In this document: positions 12,770-23,845 of the stretch, one piece after another | Position numbering within the stretch: the stretch's first letter is position 1 | Layout of the letters: every line of letters starts with the position of its first letter | From: Octopus vulgaris | Lineage: Eukaryota | DNA: 64,000 nt | Reading direction: 5' to 3' | Assembly: GCA_951406725.2 (NCBI GenBank) | Contig: OX597817.1 | Location: forward strand, 89,714,001-89,778,000 | Notes under the pieces: model-generated | What the model saw: only the letters and a program-made list of their open reading frames with translations | What the model was told of the DNA's origin: nothing | Database searches by the model: none | Made by a program: the position numbers and the translations under genes

Positions 12770-13890
12770 AATAGGGAAAATGTCTATTTGAAAAATACAA
12801 GATAGACATAATTAGAGAAATTATGGTGTAAAATTCAAAAAGTAAAATCTGGCAACACTCTCACCGATGTAAACTAAGTAACAGTGTAAAGATTTATATT
12901 GAATTAACAACTATGGAAAGCCGACGTAAAGTTGATGAAAGCCTAAGTAAGCGAATGGTCACATTGAAAAAAGAAGTAATGACAATTTTTGCTATCACTA
13001 GAGACATTAAGAGATCAAAGAGTATTGTTTCAAGAATACTCAAGCATTATGAAGAAACAAGTTCGTTTATATCATTAGGAAAACGAAGTAGACCACGGAA
13101 CACAAGTGTTTGACAAGACCATGTGATTCAGAGACTGAGACCGTTTCAGTAATGCGGCAGGAATTTTTTGCAAAGTAAATCGTGATTATGGAATGAATGT
13201 GTCTCCGAAGACTGTGGCTTGTCATTTGAAGGAAGTCGGACTTCATGTCCATTCCCTCTCATCAGTATGAAGAACCGAAAAGTGAGGTTAGTCTTTGCCA
13301 ATGAGCACATACTTTGGACGGACGACAACTGGTCGCATGTATTCTTCAGTGACAAAAGCAAGTTCAATTTAGTTGGGTCTGATGGTAGACAGTACTTGAG
13401 ACATCGTAAAAGTGAAAGATTGCTGTTTAAATGCAAGAAGAAATCAGTGAAGTTTGGCGGCGGATGTTTAATGGTATGGAGAATGATCTCTGCAGCAGAT
13501 GTTGGGCTATTGATCCGGATCCGTGGTTATGTGAATGTAACCATATACAAAAAACATCATTCTGTAGCATGTTGTGCCAGCTATGAGGTCATCTCCAACT
13601 CGTCAACCAATCTTAATGCTGGATAATGCGCCATGTCACAGTGCCAAAATAGTTAAGGAGGTGTTTGAAGCTGAAAACTTTATTGTGATCCATTGGTCAG
13701 CTCGGAGCTCTGACCTTAATCCCACTGAAAATTTATGAAAGATACTTGGTGATAAGATCGGAGAGCACTGTCCTGCGAATGTGGGAAAAACTTCAGGAAG
13801 AATGAAATAAAATTACGTCGGAACACAGTGAGAAATTGGTCAAATCGTGTGGATGGGGATGTGTTGAGGTCATTCAAATTAAAGAAAAGA

Positions 13891-14169
13891 ACACATTTTA
13901 TATATTGATGTCGATTGTAAAATTTTGATTTCTTGAATTTTACGTCAAGAAATCAAAATTTTACAATCGACATCAATATATAAAATGTGTCCATTATTTT
14001 AAATAAATTTTGTAGGAAGTGACCAATAACGAAATATTTTAGAATAAAAAATGAATGTTTATTTGAAAAATACAAAATGGACAAAATTTTTCAAATAAAC
14101 ATTCATTTTTTATTGTAAAATATTTCGTTATTAGTCACTTCCTACAAAATTTATTTTAAATAATGGACA
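13891..14169. repeat. Two abutting long palindromes
   Basis: 46-bp arms at 13891-13936 and 13945-13990. ~83-bp arms at 13988-14070 and 14087-14169. Confidence 0.9.
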
Positions 14170-15026
14170 TACGTCAAAGTATATACAGTAAAAATCCCAC
14201 TCGTAAAAGTGAAGTAGAAATGTAAATATTTTAATTTTTTATTTTGTTCACTACAATATACATATTGAACTATGAGAGAAAGAAACTGCATACTATACGG
14301 TATATGCCCAAATTTAAATATTACTTATATGTATACATAAACATACACACACACTCACATAAACACAAACATACATTCATACATACATATGTGTGTGGGT
14401 TTGGGTGTTTTGTTTAGGCCCGTGACCTGGTAGTTAGAGTATTGCGTTCACGATCATATGGCTTTGTGTACGAAATCCCTGAACCATGCGATACATTGTA
14501 TTCTTTTTTGTGTGTGTATAACTATTCATATATTTTCATAGCTCTATTGTGTCTCTCTTATCGCAACATCAAGCATTCTCAGGGTAAAATTGCTTTCATG
14601 TATTACTTAAAACATAATATTCAACGTATTTAATAATTTGAACTAGAGTAATATTTAACAGCCACCACCACTGCTACTACCACCAACGCCGCTACCGCCA
14701 CCATTGAGTACTCCGTAGTGATAGTCTTTACCAGCTATTTACTATGAAGGATATCGGAAATCTTAAGTACAAAATACGAGTTTGTTTATATTGTTCAATT
14801 CATTTCGTTCCGTCGGCGCATAGTTCCGTCTTAGCTATGAAAATTAATCGTAGCTCAAGCTGTTATAAACAGTAGACCAGTGTGCACGATTTTCCTTTTC
14901 CGTTGCATAGATGCGAATTAAACGTATGAAACATTAATTATCGTCAGCAGCAATTTCAGTTAGGTAATTATTATAATATCTACAAATATAGATTCTGTAA
15001 TTACCAGAATTTTAAAATATACTATT

Positions 15027-15092
<66 letters not shown>

Positions 15093-15573
15093 AAACACAC
15101 ACATATGGCAGGAATAAAGCTAATATTAGGCTGAGTTGTACAGTATAATATACATCTATTTAGATAATATTTTGTATGGCCTAAGAGATTGGGCACTGCG
15201 TTGTATCCTTGAGCAAGGCACTTCATTTCAAACAGTTCGATTCAACACAGTTATGAGTATCAGCTGGGTGCTGGTGTAGCCCACACTCAAGTTGGCTATC
15301 CCATTAAAGATGTTCACCTTGGACAAGAGATAGGAGTTTAAAAGAGTGTTTATATTTGGTCCCGACAGCATAAACCGCTAAAACATCTAGCGAAAGTATG
15401 GTACGAGCTGCCGAGCATATTCACATATGAGTGAAACTTGATTGTACTGTAATCTTTCGTTATATTCCTACAATTAGTTTTGCCATAGCAAAACTCTTCC
15501 ATTAATGTTTCGAAATTTATCTTCTTGCATGCATAGCTAACTAGCTAGCTAGCTAGCTAGCTAGCTAGATAGC

Positions 15574-15650
<77 letters not shown>

Positions 15651-15651
<1 letters not shown>

Positions 15652-15922
15652 TGTTTCTTTATTAGCCACACAGGGCTGCACACAGACAGGTAGGGCTTTT
15701 CTTTTGGGGGTAAAAAAAGGGGGTTGGTTTTTGATCAAAAGGGATCGTAAAAGGAAAGAAAGAGGACAAAAGAAAGGGGAGGATTTTAAAAAAAGGGGGG
15801 GAGGGGAGAGGAAAAAAAGTTGATCAATAGGGATCGTAATCACAGAAATGTCAATATGAAGTGTAAAGGGGAGGACAGGTGAGGTTTACCCGTGGAAGGA
15901 AAAGACCACGGTAACCTTGGTC

Positions 15923-15924
<2 letters not shown>
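15651..15924 (-). mobile_element. 5'-truncated Tx1/L1-clade LINE 3' UTR in a (GATA)n tract
   Basis: Shares the 3' end (rc ...gtgtggctaataaagaaacat-atct) with the copies at 15996 and 16991. Confidence 0.7.
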
Positions 15925-15995
<71 letters not shown>

Positions 15996-15996
<1 letters not shown>

Positions 15997-16733
15997 TGTT
16001 TCTTTATTAGCCACACAGGGCTGCATACAGACGGGACAGATTACAAACTAGAGCTTTTCTTTTTGGGGAAAAAAAAGAGGTGGGGGTAGGTTTTCGATCA
16101 AAAGGGATCGTAAAAGGGAAAGAAGAAGAAAAAAGGAAAGAAACAAAAAAGAAAAAAGGAAAGAGAAAAAAAGGAAAAAAGGGAAAAAAAACGATCAATA
16201 GGGATTGTGTATCACAGTATCATGATGTAAAGTGTAAAGGGGGAAGCAGATAAGGTTTATCCGTGGGAAGAAAAGCCTACAGAAAAGACCACCGTAACCT
16301 CGGTCAATATTGCTACATATTACCACATTTGTTTGCAAGTAGGTAACCCTCTGTTTTAAATTTCCAGGTTCATAGGATTATGCTCAAGGTGGCTTCGTCA
16401 TTCATACGTGCCATCCTTGCTACATTCACCCATCTTTTTTTAAAACATTCGCTAGACAAAACTTGCCTCTCTACTCTCACTTTCCTTTTCAAGTGATACT
16501 TGAAGAAGATGATGAGATATTGACCAGAGAGGAAAGTGTTTGTCTCCAATCCTTTCAGACGCGTCCACTAGATACATTCTTTCGCCATAGTCACAAGAAT
16601 GATGAAAATAGCTCTTCTTTCCCGTTTGAAGGAAGGAGGCGTGACAATATTGACGATAGACTCGGCTGATAAAACGACTCGTCCCACACGTGACAGCAGT
16701 CGTTCGACATAAGCCCACAGGTCGGAAATTGTT
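15996..16733 (-). mobile_element. 5'-truncated Tx1/L1-clade LINE (ORF2 C-terminus plus 3' UTR)
   Basis: Manual translation: TISDLWAYVERLLSRVG...FIILVTMAKECI*WTRLKG...KYHLKRKVRVERQVLSSECFKKRWVNV. The AK..IW..R and F...W motifs are typical of Tx1 ORF2 ends. Flanked by (GATA)n. Confidence 0.75.
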
Positions 16734-16823
16734 AGATAGATAGATAGCTAGATACATACATACATACAAACATACATACATACATACATACATACATACA
16801 TAGACAGACAGATAGAGAGAGAG

Positions 16824-16856
<33 letters not shown>

Positions 16857-16857
16857 C

Positions 16858-16941
<84 letters not shown>

Positions 16942-16990
16942 CTAGATAGACAGACAGACAGCTAGATAGACAGACAGACAGACAGATAGA

Positions 16991-17276
16991 TAAGTTTCTT
17001 TATTGGCCACACAGGGCTGCACACAGATGGGACAAGTTACAAGGTAGAGCTTTTCTTTTGGGGGATGAAGAGAACAAAAAACAAAAGAAAAAAAGGGGTG
17101 GCGTAGGTTTTCGATCAAGAGGGATCGTAAAAGGGAAGAAAAGAACAAAAAAAAATTGAATAAAATAAATAGAATAAAAAGAAAAAAAAAGGAAAGGAAA
17201 AGGAACAAAAGGAAAGAGAAATGAAAAAAGAAGAAAAAAGGGGAAAAAAAGGGGAAGAGGAAAAAAAGAACGATCA

Positions 17277-17278
<2 letters not shown>
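16991..17278 (-). mobile_element. 5'-truncated Tx1/L1-clade LINE 3' UTR in a (GATA/GACA)n tract
   Basis: Third copy of the same 3' end, in the same orientation. Confidence 0.7.
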
Positions 17279-17353
<75 letters not shown>

Positions 17354-17567
17354 AACACTTTGACCATGTCAGATCAGTTGAATATACAAGTACGTTTCCA
17401 ATTCCCATTCTCTCTTTTTCTCTCCATCTCTATCCCATCTTTTAGAAGAAGAGTATATACACGAAACATTAGACATTTATTTCTTTTACGTCCTATTTCC
17501 TGAGCGTCAAAATAATACTTCTGTGTTTATTTTTTTATTTCAACTTTGTGTTGTAGATATATATATA

Positions 17568-18073
17568 TCTTATTATAAAAGGCAGATTTTATCTGCCTCC
17601 CTTTGGGAGTTATACAAATCTACAATATAGGATTTCTTCAATTACAATTTACCTTGCATTTTTAAGAGTACAATGCATCGCGTCATGCCAGGTCCAGTTT
17701 TTAAAATTTAAACTCCAGTTAAGCAAAATTTACAGAAAACTCACATTCTGGTGTGTGTGTCAAATGCTTTTCTTAGTCTGGTTTACAGCACACGCAAACG
17801 CACACACACAGTGGGCAACGAATAAAATGAAAGTAATTGACTTACTGTAGTGAGTGATTCTTTCACTCTGCCTCCCACTTCCTCTTTCCACACAGACACG
17901 TAAATATATAAATAAAATTGTAAGCTAACGTGCGTGTGTGTGAGTGGGTGTGTGTGGGTGTGCGCGTGGGTGTGTGTGTGTGAGGGTGCGTGTGTGTGTG
18001 TGTGTGTGTGCGTGTGCGTGAATGTGTGATAGGAAAGTTTTTTACGACGAATATAACACCTATATCCAAGTAG
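17568..18073 (+). mobile_element. Putative non-autonomous Helitron, family B
   Basis: Starts A|TCttattataaaa. The first ~245 bp are nearly identical to 19640-19885. The 3' end is uncertain. Confidence 0.5.
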
Positions 18074-18078
18074 CAGAA

Positions 18079-18452
18079 AGATAAGACAGTAAGGTGTGAT
18101 TTGAGGGAGATTTGGCTGCTATTTCTACCATGTCTAGCTGCCATGTAGGGGTCTCCCTCATAGGCTCATACATACATATATACATAGATAAGACAGTAAG
18201 GTGTGATTTGGGGGAAATTTGGCTGCTATTTCTACCAGGTCTAGCTGCCATGTTGGGGTCTCCCTCATAGGCTCATACATACATATATACATAGATAAGA
18301 CAGTAAGGTGTGATTTGGGGGAAATTTGGCTGCTATTTCTACCAGGTCTAGCTACCATGTAGAGGTCCCCCTCATTGGCTCATATATATATACATACATA
18401 AGACAGTAAGGTGTGATTTGAGGGAGATTTGGCTGCTGTTTCTACCAGGTCT
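18079..18452 (+). repeat. Minisatellite, ~107-bp unit, about 3.5 copies
   Basis: Unit agataagacagtaaggtgtgatttg...ctcataggctcatacatacatatatacat starts at ~18079, 18186, 18293 and 18396. Confidence 0.9.
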
Positions 18453-18519
18453 GTTAGGCCTTCTCATGTAAACTCAAGCTTTCTCATGCCTTCAACATAT
18501 GACCAAAGCAGAGAATGTA

Positions 18520-18735
18520 TTCTTTTATTCTTCTGCTTTTTCCAGCCATTGGTCTGTGGCCATGCTGGGGCAATGCCTTGAAGAATTGTAGTTTAATGAA
18601 TCAACTCCAGTTTTATTTTTGTAAGCATTGTACTTATTCTATCTGTTTCCTTTGTCAAACCACTAGGTGACAGGGATGTAAACAAACCAACATTCGTTGT
18701 CAAGCAGTGGTGGAGGACAATCACAAGCACAGACA
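18520..18735 (-). mobile_element. 3' part of a CORE-type SINE
   Basis: ggccatgctggggca...gtacttattctatc...gttgtcaagcagtggtgg. Confidence 0.65.
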
Positions 18736-18819
18736 CGCACACACACACACACATACATGCATACACATATACACACATACATACATACATACATATATAT
18801 ATATGTGTGTATATATATA

Positions 18820-19140
18820 TTGCAGCGTGGAAGGTGTTTGTAAGCCATTTAAGAAACACACAAAAACCGTTACATTCACTTCAACATTTAAATTTAATTT
18901 GCCAAAATATTTTCGTCGCTTTCAGACCGCGACCTGTTCACAGACAAAAATATCGTGCTAACAGGTCGCGGTCTCAAAGCGACGAAAATATTTTCACAAA
19001 TTAAATTTAAATGTTGAAGTGAATCTAACGGTTTTTGTGTGTTTCTTAAATGGCTTATAAACACCTTCAACGCTGCAACTGTTTTCGTTCCAGCACACGA
19101 TCTCAGATCAAGTCACTTGCTATGCAAGTACATCTCTGTA
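18820..19140. mobile_element. Non-coding fold-back element (inverted PLE-like terminal repeats with tail)
   Basis: 119-bp arms at 18820-18938 and 18960-19078, plus a ~60-nt tail. Inserted in (TA)n. Confidence 0.8.
18898..18948 (-). ncRNA. Variant minimal hammerhead with a G3:C8 core (GUGAACA)
   Basis: Minus strand reads tttgtct-GTGAACA-g-gtcgc.ggtctgaaa.gcgac-GAAA-atat-TT-tggcaaa. Confidence 0.55.
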
Positions 19141-19242
19141 ACTATATATATATTTATATATATATATATATATGTATATTGGTAAAAACAGTAAGATAAC
19201 AAAAGAAAGAAAGAGACCTCAATATTATGTAAATAGAGGAAA

Positions 19243-19639
19243 TCTTTATATATAAAAAGTGAGGTTTTTGTGTCTGTCTCCTACGATTTAGATTCCTAAC
19301 TACTCCCACATTTTGCGGTGCAGTTTAACCAAAACCGGGTATCTTATAGTCGTGATTCATATCGAGACCGTCTGGGTATTAGCGCGTGTCTACGATGAGT
19401 CTACGATTTTAAAAAAAATTTACCATCAATTTTTCCCATTTTTAATCCATTTTTGACATATATAAGGGAAGTAACTCTCTAAAATTTATTATTAAATCTC
19501 AGAACGTAAAAAGCTACAGTAACACCCCTCCCCCTTTGTGGTTAGCCATATTGAGATGGCTATTATACTTTACATCTCTAAAAATGCTTATATAATTATT
19601 TCCCTTACAAACCCGAGCAACGCCGGGCGATACTGCTAG
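19243..19639 (+). mobile_element. Non-autonomous Helitron, family A
   Basis: A|TC 5' end, subterminal hairpin cccg-agcaacgc-cggg, CTAG|T 3' end, no TSD. Confidence 0.85.
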
Positions 19640-20330
19640 TCTTATTATAAAAGGCAGATTTTATCTGCCTCCCTTTGTAACTTATAGAAATCTACAATAT
19701 AGGATTTCTTCAATTACAATTTACCTAGCATTTTTAAGAGTAGAATGCATCGGGTCATGCCAGGTCCAGTTTTTAAAATTTAAACTCCAATTAAGCAAAA
19801 TTTAAAGAAAACTCACATTCTGGTGTGTATGTCAAATGTTTTTCTTAATGTGGTTTACACCACACGCAAACGCACACACACACAAAGGGAGCGAATTGTT
19901 TCACTGACGCTATCACCCTTCTCCTCCTTTGTCTTTGCAAGTTTGCAGCTATTAAAGTGAAAACAGTGAATCCGACAGCGATAAAGAAAACGAATTGGTA
20001 CCTGAATGGAGTGAACATTTAAAAACTGTTTCTTTTGGTGATTTTTCTGAAGAAACTGCACCAAGCCACAGACTTTCCCAGAAGAGTAAAGCCTTAAACT
20101 ATTTCTATTTACTTTTTCGAATGAGCCCATTTGAAATCATTACGGCAGAAACGAAACGTTACGCTAAACGTAAACAAAACGAAAGAAAGGATAGTTTGTT
20201 ATTTCCCACAACCTTAAATGAAATTAAGGCCTATTTTGCCATAAATATTATTATGGGTATCAGAAAGTTACCCAGAATAACAAATTCTATCGTAAAATTT
20301 CGTTGTATACCCAATTGAATATTAGCTAAT
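19640..20330 (+). mobile_element. Putative Helitron family B copy containing a piggyBac transposase fragment
   Basis: Same 5' end as 17568. ORF 19995-20318 resembles a piggyBac N-terminal core. Confidence 0.5.
19995..20318 (+). pseudogene. piggyBac (PGBD4-like) transposase fragment
   Basis: ALNYFYLLF...IITAETKRYA...FPTTLNEIKAYFAINIIMGIRKLPRI matches the ETNRYA / T..E...F.G..I.MG...LP pattern of piggyBac transposases. Confidence 0.75.
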
Positions 20331-20389
20331 AACCCATTTTCTATAGCGATGTTTGAACAAAATTTTAATAATTTTATATATTGTTGAAT

Positions 20390-20616
20390 TTACCTGTATC
20401 TACCTGCAATTAGAGTCACTTTGTGACAAAAATTATAGTATAGAATTGGTTGAGGACATTTCATTAAATTATCTTCCAAAATTCCGTTAATATATTGATA
20501 AATAAAAAAGTTATTGTTGTTTAATGAAACCAGACTAAATTTATGATTACGTTAGAAATTAATTGAAACACATAAGGGGTGTATTTTGGTCAGAAATATA
20601 GTAACGAAAGGGTTAA
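20390..20616. mobile_element. One end of a piggyBac-type MITE
   Basis: Terminates ...aaatatagtaacgaaaGGG|TTAA. The other end was not found. Confidence 0.5.
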
Positions 20617-20724
20617 GAAAAACCAAAAAATATTTTATTCTTTATAAATGTTGTATTCAAAATAACATTTTCTTTTAAGAATGTGTATATAACAAAGTAT
20701 GTGTATATAACTACGTGACTTATA

Positions 20725-21121
20725 TCTTTATATATAAGAGTGAAGTTGTGTGTCTGTCTCCTACGATTTAGATTCCTAACTACTCCCACATTTTGCGGTG
20801 CAGTGTAACCAAAACCGGGTATCTTATAGTCGTGAGTCATATCGAGCCCTTCTGGGTATTAGCGCGCGTCTACGATGAGTCTACGATTTTAAAAAAATTA
20901 CCATCATATTTTTCCATTTTAATGCATTTTTTTCGCTATTATATAAAGGAAGTAACTCTCTAAAAATATCTACGATGTGTCAACGATTTAAAAAGAAATT
21001 TACCTTAATTTTTTTTCCATTTTTAATGCATTTTTTTCCTACTTTTTGGCTATAACTCTCTAAAAATGCTTATATAGTTATTTCCCTTACAAAACCGAGC
21101 AACGCCGGGCGATACTGCTAG
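20725..21121 (+). mobile_element. Non-autonomous Helitron, family A
   Basis: A|TC...ccgagcaacgccggg...CTAG|T. The 5' half is nearly identical to the 19243 copy. Confidence 0.85.
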
Positions 21122-21168
21122 TATATATATAAAATTTAATAACATTTATATATATATGTATATATATA

Positions 21169-21204
<36 letters not shown>

Positions 21205-21231
21205 CATTTATATATAATAATATAAAATTTA

Positions 21232-21284
<53 letters not shown>

Positions 21285-21287
21285 CAG

Positions 21288-21321
<34 letters not shown>

Positions 21322-21666
21322 ACAGTTATATATATATGTGTGTGTGTGTGTGTGTGCGTGTCTGTGTGTCTGTGCGCGCGCGCGTATCATTTAATAACAG
21401 TTGATGCAGCTCTTTGCAACTTAAAGTTTCATAAACTCCTGAAATGAATCTAGCTATTCAGGCCTGTAGAACTAAGATTTGTTCTAGGAGCCCACTAAAC
21501 ATTAAATTGCATGAAACCAAAGCAAAACTGTTATTAAATAATATATGTAACTCTTACCAAGTGTGTTGCGAGCCACTTCCTTTCGCGGTCCTGGTTATTT
21601 GCGAAACTAATAACTGTTCGCATTGTTCATGGCAATATATACTTTTCTACACTTTTTAAGGCTAAA

Positions 21667-22053
21667 TCTCTCTATATATAAACGGCAGTTTGTCTGTGCG
21701 TGTTTCTGTGTGTCTGTTTTCTCGTACCCTCACCCTGACCACGGCTTTCAACCGATTCTGATGAAACTTGACACACACATAGCCCAATGTCATAATTCAA
21801 AACTAACGCAGCGAAAATTTTGAAAAGTTAACCCCAGTTCTGAAAAAAATCGATAAATTCGACATGGGGTCGAGAATCAAAAAAAACAAACCACAGACTG
21901 TCTAGGGGACGCAACTCAACCTTTTTTACTCTCAAAAAAAAATTTACCATAATTTTTTTTCCATTTTTTTGCTATTTTTTGGCTATAACTCTCTAAAAAT
22001 GCTTTATAGTTATTTCCCTTACAAACCTGAGCAACGCCGGGCGATACTGCTAG
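21667..22053 (+). mobile_element. Non-autonomous Helitron, family A' (different 5' half, same 3' end)
   Basis: A|TCtctctatatataaacggc...gcaacgccgggcgatactgCTAG|T. Homologous copy at 34564-34949. Confidence 0.85.
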
Positions 22054-22070
22054 TTATTAATAATAATATA

Positions 22071-22305
22071 CCGTATTTGCCCGTTTACTGGACGCACCTT
22101 CGCCGCTTTGATTAGAATAACCGTGCATCACGTTGCTTAATTTTGTTTTAGATACAAGTACGCTATATCTTGTATCTCTTGTATCTCTTGTATCAAAGCT
22201 TGTTAATTAGTATAGCGACATCTATCTATATTTCACTCATATACACTCTTTAGCCTCATTGAAATCAGTTTACTTGCAGTTCCCCCCGCTCTCTCTCTCT
22301 AATTA

Positions 22306-22355
<50 letters not shown>

Positions 22356-22505
22356 GATTACTGTCTAGAGGTAATACAAACAAAATTTTTAAAAACGATT
22401 ATTTTTAATTATCTCTGTTCAATCTCCCATTGGTGGTAGTCGTATATTAGATGCAATGATGAATTTTTTTTTCAAGTTTTTTGTTGGAAAAACTGCGTCC
22501 AGTAG
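22071..22505. mobile_element. Decayed Tc1/pogo-type MITE (CCGTA terminus)
   Basis: ta|ccgtatttgcccgtttactggacgca, with a partial inverted match tgcgtccagta at ~22494-22504. Confidence 0.4.
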
Positions 22506-22544
22506 CTATCTCCAGTATTTTGTTGAGTGCTGTGTTTTTCGCAG

Positions 22545-23335
22545 TGTGTTATTAAAGGTCTAAGATGCCGCCCAAACGCCCTACAGGCTTCTGGTAGTGA
22601 ACCTAATCGCCAGAAAAAGGTAATGACGCTCCATGAGAAGGAAAAACTGCTGGATATGTTCCGAGAAGGTAAAAGTTATGCTGCAGTAGATCTCTATTAT
22701 GTTGTCGACGTAAGCACCATACGCTACATAAAGAAGAACGAGGTGGAAATCAGGATTACTGTAGCAGTACGTTTCTGTGAAAGTGCCAAAAAGATGATAG
22801 TGAGAAATAAGCACTTCGTTAGGATGGAATCTACCTTGGCATTGTGGATCAGTGACTGCAAGAAGAAAAACATCCCCTGGAGCGGCAACATCATTCGCAA
22901 GAAAGTGCGAAATTATACCAGCAGTTCGACAGAGAAGACGGAGTAGAAGGCACCGAAGAACTGCAACTAAAACCATGGACAACACCGGAACCCGTAGATT
23001 TACAAACCAGTAAGGAATAGTTTGACTGTTTCCAGAAACGGCTTAAAATAAAGTGTGCTTCCCTGCATGGAGAGAAGAGACAGCATCAGCCAACAAAAAA
23101 GCTGCCAAGAAGTACCTCGAGACCTTCAGGCAGATCATCGAGGACAAGGTTTTCAGCATGGATGAGACTGGCTTTTTCTGGAAGAAGATGCTTTCCAAAA
23201 CGTATATCATGAAGGACGAAGCCAGAGCCCCAGCATTTAAGGCACAGAATGACAGAGTGACGCTGGTTTCATAATGAAACCAGGACTTATCTACATGTCC
23301 GCGAATCTGAGGGCCTTCAAAAATAAGAATAAAAG
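22545..23335 (+). pseudogene. Tigger (TIGD1-like) pogo transposase relic
   Basis: RQKKVMTLHEK...STIRYIKKNE...MESTLALWISD (HTH-psq and CENP-B HTH), then VFSMDETGFFWKKM...APAFKAQNDRVTL. Confidence 0.85.
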
Positions 23336-23845
23336 CCATACTGGAGCGCCGCCTTTTGGTCGAAGAAATCGATCGCTGGACTTATTTTATCGGTGTCTTC
23401 TACAGAATCGTTAAGTTACGAGGACGTAAACACACCAACATCCGTTGTCAAGTGATGGTGGGAAGGGAGACAAACACAGACCAACCACATAGTTCCGGGT
23501 TCAGTGCCACTACGTGGCACCTTAGGCAACTGTCTTCTGCTATAGCCTCTGGGCGACCAAAGTCTTGTGAGTAGATTTGGTAGACGGAAACTGAAAGAAG
23601 CCCGTCGTATATATGTGTGTGTGTGTTTGTGCGTGTGTGTGTGTGTTTCTTTGTACCCCCACCATCGCTTGGCAACCGATATTGATTTGTTTACGTCCCC
23701 GTAACTTAGCAGTTCGACAAAAGGGACCGATAAAATAAGTACTAGGCTCACAAAGAATAAGTCCTGGGGTCGATTTGCTCGACTAAAGGCGGTGCTCCAG
23801 CATGGCTGAAGTCAAATGACTGAAACAAATAAAAGAGTAAAAGAA
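23336..23845 (+). mobile_element. CORE-type SINE preceded by an inverted copy of its own 3' region
   Basis: 23336-23480 is the reverse complement of ~23645-23805. 23481-23845 is a plus-strand SINE body. Confidence 0.75.

Larger units (their letters stand above)
12450..14169 (+). mobile_element. Decayed Tc1 (DD34E) transposon with long TIRs
   Basis: ORF fragments 12913-13113 (HTH) and 13219-13626 (WSHVFFSDKSKFNL...VKFGGGCLMVW), then DNAPCH...WSARSSDLNPTENL. TIR aataaattttgtaggaagtgac at 12450 is inverted at ~14135-14156. Confidence 0.9.

Noticed and set aside
18079-18452. Regular repeats that resemble a CRISPR array
   Set aside because: The whole unit repeats with no unique spacers. The context is eukaryotic and there are no cas genes.
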